From an uncultured Nitrososphaerales archaeon (GTDB lineage: Archaea > Thermoproteota > Nitrososphaeria > Nitrososphaerales > Nitrososphaeraceae): a stretch of DNA of 64,000 bases. The stretch spans positions 1-64,000 of the forward strand of contig CAVPXM010000063.1 of NCBI GenBank assembly GCA_963709405.1, given 5' to 3'. This document shows, in pieces, positions 19,267 through 29,034 of the stretch. Every line of letters starts with the position of its first letter. Position 1 is the stretch's first letter. The position numbers were made by a program, and so were the translations under genes. Below the pieces are notes generated by a model. It did no database searches. It saw only the letters and a list, made by a program, of their open reading frames with translations, and was not told the origin of the DNA.

Positions 19267-20199
19267 CTCGTGATTGCGTTTCACTATTTACCTTTCTCCC
19301 CTAGTGCCTCCGCCGCCGTTACAGTTCTCGTCCTGGGATGGCGGAGGAAATGTACCAAAGCACGCACATGAGGGAGAGATGCAATGCCTTAAGTCAAACG
19401 GCGTTGAACCACCGTGTCAATGGCCTTTATGATTAAGCGCATGATTCACAGTATATCCCATCGTTGGTACAAAAATCATCGCAATTATTGCAAACAGAAC
19501 TAGTTAAAGAAATACAGAGTGCCTTTATTCTGGTTTTAATAGGCTGTTTTCTTTTCAAGTCTAATGGTAAATTTGGAGTTAATTAAAATAAATGATAAGA
19601 TCTAAGGTATATCCATTGCGACTTATGGGGAACTGGTTCGATTTATCTTTTTCTTGATATGTTATGAATCTCGCTAAAATAATGCTCGTATACAAATTGA
19701 CCAAACAGATCTCTTTCTTCATGGTTTAGTCGCTGAATGAATCCTTCATTTACTGATATACTCATACATTTATGAATTTATGACACTAGTGATATGAGAA
19801 ATGACTGGCCTTTCAACTACGTTTGTTTTATTGACGCTGCTAATATAATAACATGTACTATTCCAATAATAACAAATGCCAAGCATTCGAAGAATAGCGA
19901 CAGCGATAACAGTAGCGGCGATAATAGCGATAACAATAAACAAACTACGACAACGGAGCAAACACCGACCGAACGACAAACACCTGAAATAGCAACACCA
20001 TCAGCCATAGCCGTCATAGCAGTAGTAGCAAAACTATAGATAGAAACTTGCAGGATGAGGATAAAGAAGCAGTACAAAAGGAATTTAGCAACCAGATAGA
20101 CTTGACACATTTTGGTGTAAAAAATTTGAATAGTACGCACTTTCTAATAGCAATTGGAAATGACACGAATAGATTTACGTATGTGGTGGCAAAGAAACG

Positions 20200-20751
20200 A
20201 TGACTAATAAAAATCCGATTTTAGTAGGTCTAATGATAATTGCTATTCTTACTCTAGCCTTGGTTATTTCTACGACTGGAAATGTAAACGCAAAGAAGGT
20301 TGACCCAAACTTTCTAACCTACCAAAATCCTGACTTACATTTTAAGATCCAATACCCTAGTAACTGGACTAAGGAAAACGCATATCTACCAAGCCATGTA
20401 ATTGTAAGGTTTTTCACTGGTCAGGGCTACTCTACTGTAGGCTTTAGTATTATCGTATCCTATTCTCGTTGCGAATTTTACTACTGCTGATTATGTTAAA
20501 GCGGTCCGCATGTCAAAAATCCCTGAAATGCAAATTTTGAATGCTACTACAGGGATTAGTTTGGCTGGTACTAACGCATCTCAGATGCTATACTATAATT
20601 ATGCAAAGGAAGGAACATAAAGACTCTAGATACTATTCTTATAAAAGGCAATGTAGTATATCTTTTATCGTATAGAGCAGACCCTACTAATTATCTCACA
20701 TATCTTCCAATAGCAAAACAAATGATTGACTCATTTCAATTTACAAATTAA
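20200..20751 (+). pseudogene. PsbP-like secreted protein, frameshifted
   Basis: Signal peptide, FLTYQN..FKIQYPSNW at the N-terminus and YLPIAKQMIDSFQF* at the C-terminus, in different frames. Confidence 0.75.
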
Positions 20752-20760
20752 GTAACACGG

Positions 20761-20952
20761 ATGGTAGAAGCAATGACAATGAAAGATAGGCAAGAGGTTG
20801 AAGTAAGGTTTAGCATACCACGTGAGGTCTTTGCAAAACTAAGCAAGGCAGCCGAAGAGCATAACATGACAGTTGAGGACTACACGTCATTTCTATTGGC
20901 GGCATTGTTTAGTGTGTCTGTTGGTTCTGCTGATTCGGTAGGTGATAGATAG
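20761..20952 (+). CDS. small putative ribbon-helix-helix DNA-binding protein
   Basis: VRFSIPREVFAKLSKAAEEHNMTVEDY fits the beta-alpha-alpha RHH pattern. Confidence 0.55.
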   Translation: MVEAMTMKDRQEVEVRFSIPREVFAKLSKAAEEHNMTVEDYTSFLLAALFSVSVGSADSVGDR

Positions 20953-21059
20953 CGTCTAAGAATCCTCCTATAGACATACCCCCGTTCAAAAAATTATAGG
21001 GTCTATAAAGCCGGATTAACAAACATTATATACCTCACTAACAGGCATAATTTTACGCG

Positions 21060-21365
21060 ATGTCCTCGACAAATGCACGCATCACAGGTAAAGCAAGTAA
21101 TGAGATTTTCATAGGGAAGAAACCACTCATGACATACGTAACTGCTACCCTAGTTCAATTAGCCAACGAGCCTACGGTGGTGATAAAAGCCAGAGGAAAG
21201 AGCATTACCAGGGCAGTTGATGTAGCTCAAATTATTGTCAAGCGCATGGACACGCTTGGATACAAAATAGGGCCGGTAAAGGTAGGAACTGAAAGCATAC
21301 AATCCGATGATGGTAGAACAAGAAATGTTTCTACAATAGAAGTTTCGATTTCAAGGTCGAGATAA
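21060..21365 (+). CDS. albA: DNA/RNA-binding protein Alba
   Basis: IGKKPLMTYV, IKARGKSITRAVDVA and RNVSTIEV. Confidence 0.95.
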   Translation: MSSTNARITGKASNEIFIGKKPLMTYVTATLVQLANEPTVVIKARGKSITRAVDVAQIIVKRMDTLGYKIGPVKVGTESIQSDDGRTRNVSTIEVSISRSR

Positions 21366-21691
21366 TCTCAGTAAAACATTTTACAATCTGTTACTGTACA
21401 TCGTTATTAATGGCTAGGATAGGGATGCCATCCCACCTGGATCATTTAAGATTTTATTCAATTTTTAATCTTGTCTCAAACTGGAACTCTTGCCAAACCC
21501 TCATCACTATTCCTTTTGTTCAAGCGTGTAATTTTATTAGTAGTAGGTCCCTGGTAATGTTCATCAATCGGGTTGGCCGATCTGACATTCACAAAATATC
21601 TCAATTCATATCATCAAGTACCTGAAAGATATAGACCATCATTTTTATTCATATTGCATAGAAATTGTCGAGTAAATTGCCTGAGCAATTA

Positions 21692-21943
21692 TTAGTACGT
21701 CGAAACTGAAAACTTTTCGTTAAACGTAGCGTTGACCAATCTTATTACGCTAGAAGGAGATCTGCGATAGTATATTACTTCGTTTCCATTGTACTCCTTA
21801 ATCTGCATCACGAATTCATTCAGAGCAGCTTTATTGATAAACATTTTCTTCTTTTTGCCAACTATTCTGACACCATCATCTAGATCTAATGAATTCAATT
21901 GAGATACTAGGTCTTTAGAATCTATTTTCTTCTCTAGTTTCAT
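21692..21943 (-). CDS. hypothetical protein
   Basis: 83-aa ORF with ATG start and typical composition. Confidence 0.6.
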   Translation of the reverse strand: MKLEKKIDSKDLVSQLNSLDLDDGVRIVGKKKKMFINKAALNEFVMQIKEYNGNEVIYYRRSPSSVIRLVNATFNEKFSVSTY

Positions 21944-22190
21944 TTTTCTTTCACAGTAGACATAGAAGAATGACTATTAAAGATGGATCTGCTTTGAATA
22001 CCGCGATGCATATCCTCACTATTTGACAAGATCCCGCTTACGTTTACGTCAAATCACTAATTTATTGTTGATTATCGTAATGAAAGGTTTAGATATGGCA
22101 AATCAGTACCTCTTTTTCCTGCAGTTATGTAGAGCAGACACTGGATGTTATTATTATCATTATTGTTATTATTGGATATAGTGTCCAAAA

Positions 22191-23342
22191 TTGATCATGA
22201 GAATATTTGATGCACTAAAAAAGAAAAAGGTCACTGTAGTGGGCTACCCTCGACAGATCAGAATCTTTCTCTGTGGTCCAACAGTGTATGATCTCTGCCA
22301 TTTGGGACATGCCAGGGTATTGTGTTTTTATGACTTCATGGCAAGATATCTTGCCTACAAAGGATTCCACCCAATAGCAGTTGTTAATATTACAGACATA
22401 GATCCGAAGATTTCTGCAAAGGCGAGAAGCATTGGTGTTACCACAAGTGCTGTCTCGGATAGATACACGAACGAATTATTACACGATTTGTCATTATTGG
22501 AAATTAATAAAATCTTCCTCCTGGCGAGGGTCTCAGATTATGTTAATGCCTCGACAAGCCTTATCAAAAGGCTATTGCGTGAAAGGATAGCCTATGCAGC
22601 GTCCGGTAATGTCTATCTGGATGTAAGAAGGATAATACGATACGGAGAATTATCTGGTCTCTCCTATGACAAACTTAAAGACTTGAGGATCGATATAGCG
22701 CCAGGTAAGCATAATCCCAGTGACACATTGCTGTGGAACTCTGGTGACTTTTCCTGTCAGCAATTTTTTGATCCAGATTTTGGAAGAGGCATCCCTTGGT
22801 GGCATATCCAAGATTCATCAGTAGCAATGTCAATCTTTGAAGGTCGTTACGATATACACGGAGGCGGTGTAGAGCTGATCTATCCTCATCATGAAACTCA
22901 TCTTGGACAATTGAGGGCACTAACTGGCATCGCTAATCCTGTAAATTGCTGGACTCACGTGGGTCTAGTTACTGTTCACGGAAACAAAATGTCTAACTCG
23001 TTGTCAAATACACTGAAGGTCAGAGAATTATTAAGAGATTTCATGCCCAACGTTATCAAACTATATCTATTGTCAAAGCACTATCGTGAAGATCTGTCTT
23101 TCTCAAGAGCGTTTCTTGAAAAATATGTTCTTATTGATAAGCATATTTCGGATTCGATGGTTTCGGATAAAACCCCAAATTCAATTAGATATAGCAACAA
23201 GATTTTTGCTAGGTTTCAATCGCACATAGATAACGATTTTGACACTCCTAAGGCTTTGGATGTTTTATTGGAAGGAATAACTAATCGTATCGACAAATAC
23301 ATACTCTCAAAGATGATAGGTATATTTGGACTTCAATACTGA
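22191..23342 (+). CDS. truncated cysteinyl-tRNA synthetase paralog (class I; MshC-like size) with altered active site
   Basis: CGPTVYD, HLGH, NITDID, WHIQDS, DIHGGG..L.YPHHE and KMSNS. Ends shortly after DNDFDTPKA, so the C-terminal anticodon-binding part is missing. Confidence 0.85.
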   Translation: MIMRIFDALKKKKVTVVGYPRQIRIFLCGPTVYDLCHLGHARVLCFYDFMARYLAYKGFHPIAVVNITDIDPKISAKARSIGVTTSAVSDRYTNELLHDLSLLEINKIFLLARVSDYVNASTSLIKRLLRERIAYAASGNVYLDVRRIIRYGELSGLSYDKLKDLRIDIAPGKHNPSDTLLWNSGDFSCQQFFDPDFGRGIPWWHIQDSSVAMSIFEGRYDIHGGGVELIYPHHETHLGQLRALTGIANPVNCWTHVGLVTVHGNKMSNSLSNTLKVRELLRDFMPNVIKLYLLSKHYREDLSFSRAFLEKYVLIDKHISDSMVSDKTPNSIRYSNKIFARFQSHIDNDFDTPKALDVLLEGITNRIDKYILSKMIGIFGLQY

Positions 23343-24111
23343 CGATCACATAGAAGATAACGAGAACAAGTTTTGTTCACTATGGACTAAATGTCGGAGA
23401 ATCGACAGCTGTGCAAATTTGTTTCTGAATAGCAAGTTCAAGAGAGACTATTTTTTCAATAGGTTAAACAACGTCCAAACTTGCGATAAGTTCGAGTGCA
23501 CTCTTGATACGGTATCAAAAATTTGTTCAAAAGAAAGACAAGATGTTTATATTCACATTCCATATGTCCCAAATAATTATGAGTTAATAAATATCCTTTT
23601 AAAAAAAGGGTTTAGATATCTTGATACCATGTATGTGCTTATGATAAGAAATCACCATCACGTTATCGATGACGGGCATACACATAGGATTCTTGACGTC
23701 AAGGCGAAAAATGAATTAGATATATGGACTCGAGCCTTTTGTGAATCCTTTTCTATTCGTTCTTGGAAATACGAGGTGAGCAAAATCATTAACCGCAACA
23801 TTAGTAGGTTTATCTTAATTGTAACATATATTGCAGAAAACCCTGAATATCCGGTAGGATGTATGTTACTACATAAATATCATGGGATTACTGGCCTGTA
23901 TTGTCTAGGTACTCTAAAGCCTTTCAGACGACGAGGTATTGCTACAAAGATGATTAAATTTGCAACCTATTATAAAAGAAAAAAAAATACTAAATTTCTT
24001 ATTGCTCATTCGTTAAGTAATGAAAATACAATAAATTTGTACAAGAATTTAGGATTTGAGGTTGTACAAGTCAAGAAGATATTCGTGTCTAAATGTTTTT
24101 CAAATGCATAA
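23326..24111 (+). CDS. GNAT-family N-acetyltransferase
   Basis: GLYCLGT..FRRRGIA acetyl-CoA motif and LYKNLGF; overlaps the upstream gene by 17 bp. Confidence 0.85.
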   Translation: MDFNTDDHIEDNENKFCSLWTKCRRIDSCANLFLNSKFKRDYFFNRLNNVQTCDKFECTLDTVSKICSKERQDVYIHIPYVPNNYELINILLKKGFRYLDTMYVLMIRNHHHVIDDGHTHRILDVKAKNELDIWTRAFCESFSIRSWKYEVSKIINRNISRFILIVTYIAENPEYPVGCMLLHKYHGITGLYCLGTLKPFRRRGIATKMIKFATYYKRKKNTKFLIAHSLSNENTINLYKNLGFEVVQVKKIFVSKCFSNA

Positions 24112-24310
24112 TTCCGTCGTGTGCAGTACAGTTCATTCTAGACAGTCGAAATCCTGATTCTGATTATTAAAAATTACCTAAAGGTATTTTAGAGTAGTAT
24201 GCTTTATCTTGCAACTTGTATGGCGTGGATTCGCTTTATTGGACATGCTTGGAAATTATTTCTAAAAAAAGAATAGTGATCACGTCATCCACCATTAACC
24301 ACTTAATTAC

Positions 24311-25477
24311 TCATTTTTCTATTCTGCCTTCGACAAAATCTATAAAATTCTTCTTGGCTTGGTTGTATGACATTTGCTTGGGTGGGTGCTTGAAACAATA
24401 TGCTGAGACACTTTCTAATGACCCTGAGATTCCCCGTCGTAGAGCTACTTTTGCACCTCTGATGGCATCTATCATAATGCCGGCACTATTGTAAGCATCC
24501 ACAACTCTGAGCTTTAGATCAACTTCAACTGGGATGTTACCAAAGTATTTTCCTCGAAGATAAATATATGATATTTTATCGTTTTTGAGGAAACTAACAT
24601 AGTCTGAAGGCCCGATCCTCATTGGAATATTGTAAGGTGCCATTGCCGCTACTGCACTTGTTTTGCTAATCCTTTTGTCTTCCAATCGATCTTCGTCCAA
24701 CATATTGTAGAAATCCATGTCACCTCCTATGTTCAACTGGTAAGTCTCGTCTATGTTTACTCCTCTATCGACAAACAATTTTGCTAGGGTCTTATGTAGC
24801 ACTGTAACTCCAATCTGACTCATCACATCATCACCGGCACACGGGACACCCTTACTATCGAACGCTTGTTGCCACTTTGGAGATGACGCTATGAACACGG
24901 GAATGGCATTTATAAAGCACACACCGGATTCAAGACACTTTTCGACGTAAAACTGGGTTGCCTGCCTACTCCCGACTGGGAGATAGTTTAACAGGATCTC
25001 CGCATGCCTATCTTTCAGAGTCGCCGCGACATCAGCAAATGATTCGTTTGATATACTAACTTTCCCATGATAATGCTCGCCTATGCCATCTAATACCTCG
25101 GCTTTTTGTACCTTCACATCCATTTTGTCAACGTTAGAAGTGAATACAGTATTATTTGGCTCGGCAAATATAGCTTGAGAGAGATCCTTACCGACTTTCG
25201 AGTCGATTACATCAAACGCAGCGACGAAATCAACATCATCAGGTTCATAACCCCCCAGGTTATAAGCAGTGAGTCCCAAACAGCCGGGAGCATTATGTTC
25301 GACGCTTTCTCCTTCGGTGTTACCTTCGATATCCTTAGGATTATTGTCATTCCCAACTGTGTCATAAGTTTTTAAGCGAGTATTGGTTCTATTTGCATTA
25401 TAATAATTAATACCCTGCACTAGGGCTGACGCACAATTTCCCACCCCAGCTATAGCAACCCTAATTTTTTTAGCCAT
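24311..25477 (-). CDS. ino1: myo-inositol-1-phosphate synthase
   Basis: GVGNCASALVQG, NYLPVGS, GDD, YQLNIGGDMDF.NM, KRISKT, IGPSDY and NSAG. Confidence 0.93.
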   Translation of the reverse strand: MAKKIRVAIAGVGNCASALVQGINYYNANRTNTRLKTYDTVGNDNNPKDIEGNTEGESVEHNAPGCLGLTAYNLGGYEPDDVDFVAAFDVIDSKVGKDLSQAIFAEPNNTVFTSNVDKMDVKVQKAEVLDGIGEHYHGKVSISNESFADVAATLKDRHAEILLNYLPVGSRQATQFYVEKCLESGVCFINAIPVFIASSPKWQQAFDSKGVPCAGDDVMSQIGVTVLHKTLAKLFVDRGVNIDETYQLNIGGDMDFYNMLDEDRLEDKRISKTSAVAAMAPYNIPMRIGPSDYVSFLKNDKISYIYLRGKYFGNIPVEVDLKLRVVDAYNSAGIMIDAIRGAKVALRRGISGSLESVSAYCFKHPPKQMSYNQAKKNFIDFVEGRIEK

Positions 25478-25755
25478 GAAAGATTCCCATTAGATAGTAT
25501 ATATATATTATTGCTACTGGCATGGTAAAATATTCCATCTGTATTGTGAAGGGATTCATTAGACTTTCCTTGATTACAGAATGATAGACCAATTGTGATC
25601 GCCTTGCTTAATGACCTAACTTATCAATGCGTCAATACCATCAATGAGAACATGATTCGGCAAGATACTTGACATTTCGATATATGCAGCTATCGTTTCT
25701 GGCACTGTAATTGTAGATTAAATGCTTAAATTGGCGCGCAGATGAAAAATCTACT

Positions 25756-25849
25756 GGGCTTGTAGCGCAGACTAAAATATTAGGTGAAAAATGGATAGCG
25801 TGGACGCCTCCTAAGCGTCAGGTCGAGGGTTCAAATCCCTCCGAGCCCG
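25756..25849 (+). tRNA. tRNA-Arg(CCT) with ~18-20 nt non-canonical intron in the D-loop
   Basis: Acceptor GGGCTTG/CGAGCCC, anticodon arm GACGC-CT-CCT-AA-GCGTC, T-arm GAGGG-TTCAAAT-CCCTC. The D-loop is over-long (94 nt total). Confidence 0.88.
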
Positions 25850-26244
25850 CTTCAAACTTTTCCCCTTAGATTTACCATGCAGAATACCATATAGAAGAGC
25901 AAGGATGTCTCAGCCATTCTGTAGGTATATATGCTAGGCGACTTCTGAGCTCACCATCAGGTCTGGTTATGTCACTGTACTGTCCAATCTGCTGCATTAG
26001 AATTGATTATAGACAAGTGAAAAGGTGGCGTTTATCAGTCGTTTCACTCTTACGGCATTACTTGAACTATCTTGTTCATTACAGTGTTCAAATTGAATTA
26101 GACTAAACTCGAGGAATTCACTCAGTTTAATTTCTAAGTGAAGCTCGAAATTACAAGTCTATTTGATCAGTCAGGATAATATTCATTTAGAACGAGGCAA
26201 GATTCAGCCATTGGTCCAAGGTATTCGCAATATCGAAGAAAGGC

Positions 26245-27258
26245 TTAAACGCTTCCCAGAGGAGCTATCAAATATGCAGGCTTAACTAAATCGGCAACAT
26301 CGACCCATAATCTCGCGAGATTATTTAATGAATAAATCGAATTCAACATCGCTATATTTGACTTGGAACTTTTCTGATCTTCGCGTGATACCATATGTTT
26401 CACAATGTTCATAAGCTTGTTAAATTCGTTATACATTTTGACAACTTCGATAGATTCCAAGCTATTCTTATTTATAAACGCCGCTACAGATTTAAATTGC
26501 ATCTCTTCCATAAATGCGCTAGCTTTATTAATCGAGTCAAGAAGATTCATTCCGTACAAATAAGGTAGTGATGACGCAAAGTCTACCATATGATCGCCGG
26601 CGCTCTCAAGATGATTTGCGGCAATTCTATAATCTAAGATGTCAATATTGCTTAGATTAAGCTTCCTAGCCAATTTTTGATCCATCATGGCGCTTCGGAT
26701 CAATCTCACGAGCAAGAAATATTGTCTATCAACTTCATCATCTCTACTTATCATTAGCTTTGCTATTCCCGGGTTCTTGCTAATGAATACGTCCAGTATA
26801 TCTCTATACATCCCTGCTACTATAGAGTTCATCCGCCTAAGGATTTTTGCTGCGTCAAGGGAATTAGTATCTATAAGAAATTGAGATACAATATTGGAGG
26901 CATCTTCGTCTACTATCTCCAGTCCGACTAACTTTCTCATTGCAAATTTTATGATTTCCCTATGTTCAAAGCTAATTTGAGACTTCGCTTTGATCTTTAT
27001 AATATCGTAACCAAGTAGATAAGCGCCATATATTTGATTAATTAAACTATCCATGCTTTCGGAAGAGTACGGTATAGCAACTGATTTTACTTCTTCATTT
27101 GTACCAGCTGATGGAAATACCGAAATGGAATTATCCTTATTTATTTCAATCAGCAATGTTGTTCCTTTCTTTAAATTATTAAATTTGACCCATTCATTTG
27201 GAAGCGATATCAACACACTACTTCCTACTCTCTGAAGCCTTCGAGCATATCTACTCAT
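26245..27258 (-). CDS. phosphate uptake regulator PhoU with N-terminal AbrB domain
   Basis: RRLQRVGSSVLISLP..WV AbrB domain; RDDEVDRQYFL and LESAGDH PhoU motifs. Confidence 0.88.
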   Translation of the reverse strand: MSRYARRLQRVGSSVLISLPNEWVKFNNLKKGTTLLIEINKDNSISVFPSAGTNEEVKSVAIPYSSESMDSLINQIYGAYLLGYDIIKIKAKSQISFEHREIIKFAMRKLVGLEIVDEDASNIVSQFLIDTNSLDAAKILRRMNSIVAGMYRDILDVFISKNPGIAKLMISRDDEVDRQYFLLVRLIRSAMMDQKLARKLNLSNIDILDYRIAANHLESAGDHMVDFASSLPYLYGMNLLDSINKASAFMEEMQFKSVAAFINKNSLESIEVVKMYNEFNKLMNIVKHMVSREDQKSSKSNIAMLNSIYSLNNLARLWVDVADLVKPAYLIAPLGSV

Positions 27259-27326
27259 TTTATATATACTTATTAATACTAATTAAACACTATTTTTATA
27301 TTTTCATATTATATTATATATTTGAT

Positions 27327-28262
27327 ATGACTTCAGTTCTGGCAGCACCTATTTCCATATGTAAGGCGTATAGTCCAGGACATGTGACTGGTTTTTTTGA
27401 ACCTCAATCAACCCTAAAGAACTCAGAAGATGAGCTTCAAATGGGATCTAGAGGTGCTGGATTTTGCATTGAAAACGGAATTGTCACCACTGTTAGGCTG
27501 TTTGAAAGCAAACGTGCTTCTTACGACGTAACGATTTCTGGTCATAGATCCGATCGAAACGAAGTTTCAAGATGGATCATACGCTATTATTTGAAGCTCA
27601 TTGATAAACCTCTTCACATAAGCGTAACTCACAAAAGTGAAATTCCCATCGGATTTGGTCTAGGAGCGAGCGGTGCGGGTGCACTCAGTCTCTCATATGC
27701 ACTGAATGAGGCATTAAATTTGCGTATGACCAAAGAATCGGCGGCTCAAATAGCCCACAAAGCTGAAATTGTTTGCAAAACCGGCCTTGGTACTGTTATC
27801 TCTGAGTTTTCCGGGGGGTTTGATATTAGAACTGAAATTGGAGCTCCTGGAATAGGATCGGTAACGAAAATCCCGGTTACAAATCATAAAGCCATTATAC
27901 TGTGTATTGCACCTATCTCTACGAAATCGATTCTTTCGTCAGACAAAAATACAGAACTTTTGTCTAAACTCGGTAGTAAGGTAATGCGAGGTTTCTTATC
28001 AGCCCCAACTTTACATAACTTTCTTCAATTTTCGTATGATTTTTCAAATTCCATGCATCTTATAGATAGTAAATGTAGAGTGGGTATGAATAGGTTGAGA
28101 TCAGCTGGATTTGGTTGTGGCATAGCCCTATTTGGAAAGACTATATTCACTTTAGTCCCGGTTGAACTCACAAGAGAAGCAAAACAATGCCTGAAAAATC
28201 TCGATGGAACACTAATTGAAAGCAATATTAATGCTGTAGGAGCAAGACTTCTGAAAAATTAA
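27327..28262 (+). CDS. pantoate kinase (GHMP kinase)
   Basis: SPGHVTGFF, GSRGAG, PIGFGLGASGA and AHKAEI..KTGLGTV; head of the CoA operon. Confidence 0.9.
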   Translation: MTSVLAAPISICKAYSPGHVTGFFEPQSTLKNSEDELQMGSRGAGFCIENGIVTTVRLFESKRASYDVTISGHRSDRNEVSRWIIRYYLKLIDKPLHISVTHKSEIPIGFGLGASGAGALSLSYALNEALNLRMTKESAAQIAHKAEIVCKTGLGTVISEFSGGFDIRTEIGAPGIGSVTKIPVTNHKAIILCIAPISTKSILSSDKNTELLSKLGSKVMRGFLSAPTLHNFLQFSYDFSNSMHLIDSKCRVGMNRLRSAGFGCGIALFGKTIFTLVPVELTREAKQCLKNLDGTLIESNINAVGARLLKN

Positions 28263-28263
28263 T

Positions 28264-29034
28264 TTGGGAACAAGTATACCTCCAAATCACCCCAGGTTCA
28301 TCTCTCTCCAATCTAGGGCTCAGCTAGTAGATGGATTCAATAAAGGGCTAGTTGCATCGGAAGGTTTAATTGCGCATGGGAGAGGAGAGGCATTTGATTA
28401 TTTGCTAGGTGAACGCACAACTAGTATGTCTTTTAATGCAACACAAGCTGCTTGCTGCTGTCTTTTGATGGCCGCTTATCCAATCATATCAGTTAACGGT
28501 AACTTTGCTGCATTGTGCTCAACAAACATTGTAAAGCTAAGCAGGCTTATTCCGGCAAATACAGAAGTTAATCTTTTCCATCGTTCTCCGGAACGGGAAC
28601 GTTTAATAAAACAAGAACTTGAAAATCTAGGTGCAGAGAAAGTTCTTGGGTCTTTTTCGGATGAGTCCGCTATTGTCCCTGGGTTGACTAGTAGTAGAAA
28701 ATTTGTGCATACTAATGGTATCTACAAGGCAGATGTGGTTATGCTATCTCTGGAAGATGGAGATCGTACTCAAGCACTCGTGGAGATGGGTAAAAAAGTT
28801 ATAGCTATAGACATAAATCCCATATCCAGAACAGCCAAGACGGCGGATATCACAATCGTCGACAATGTAACCCGAGTCATGCCGATTATGATAAGTACTT
28901 TAACCGCGCTGAAGCAAACAAATGATATCGGTTACATGCATAACATCATGACCGATTTTAATAATAAAACAAATCTCACAAATTCGTTAAAAACTATATT
29001 AAGTGGTCTCGATGAACGATCAAAATCAGAATAA
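28264..29034 (+). CDS. 4-phosphopantoate--beta-alanine ligase (phosphopantothenate synthetase)
   Basis: HPR..SL, GLIAHGRGEAFDYL.GE, ISVNGN, LEDGDR and IDINPISRT. Confidence 0.93.
   Translation: MGTSIPPNHPRFISLQSRAQLVDGFNKGLVASEGLIAHGRGEAFDYLLGERTTSMSFNATQAACCCLLMAAYPIISVNGNFAALCSTNIVKLSRLIPANTEVNLFHRSPERERLIKQELENLGAEKVLGSFSDESAIVPGLTSSRKFVHTNGIYKADVVMLSLEDGDRTQALVEMGKKVIAIDINPISRTAKTADITIVDNVTRVMPIMISTLTALKQTNDIGYMHNIMTDFNNKTNLTNSLKTILSGLDERSKSE

Larger units (their letters stand above)
17485..21031. mobile_element. integrated element/genomic island bounded by 17-bp direct repeats (attL 17485-17501, attR 21015-21031)
   Basis: ATTAACAAACATTATAT occurs identically at both ends; an integrase remnant lies immediately inside the left repeat; the cargo is degenerate. 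Confidence 0.75.

Noticed and set aside
19270-19435. Possible additional Cys-containing peptide remnant in the island
   Set aside because: No consistent start or reading frame could be reconstructed.
25850-26244. Possible integrated element at the 3' end of tRNA-Arg
   Set aside because: No duplicated tRNA 3' end or integrase nearby.
27198-27326. N-terminal extension of the pantoate kinase ORF
   Set aside because: It overlaps the divergent phoU start and the AT-rich promoter; the true start is probably ATG 27327.
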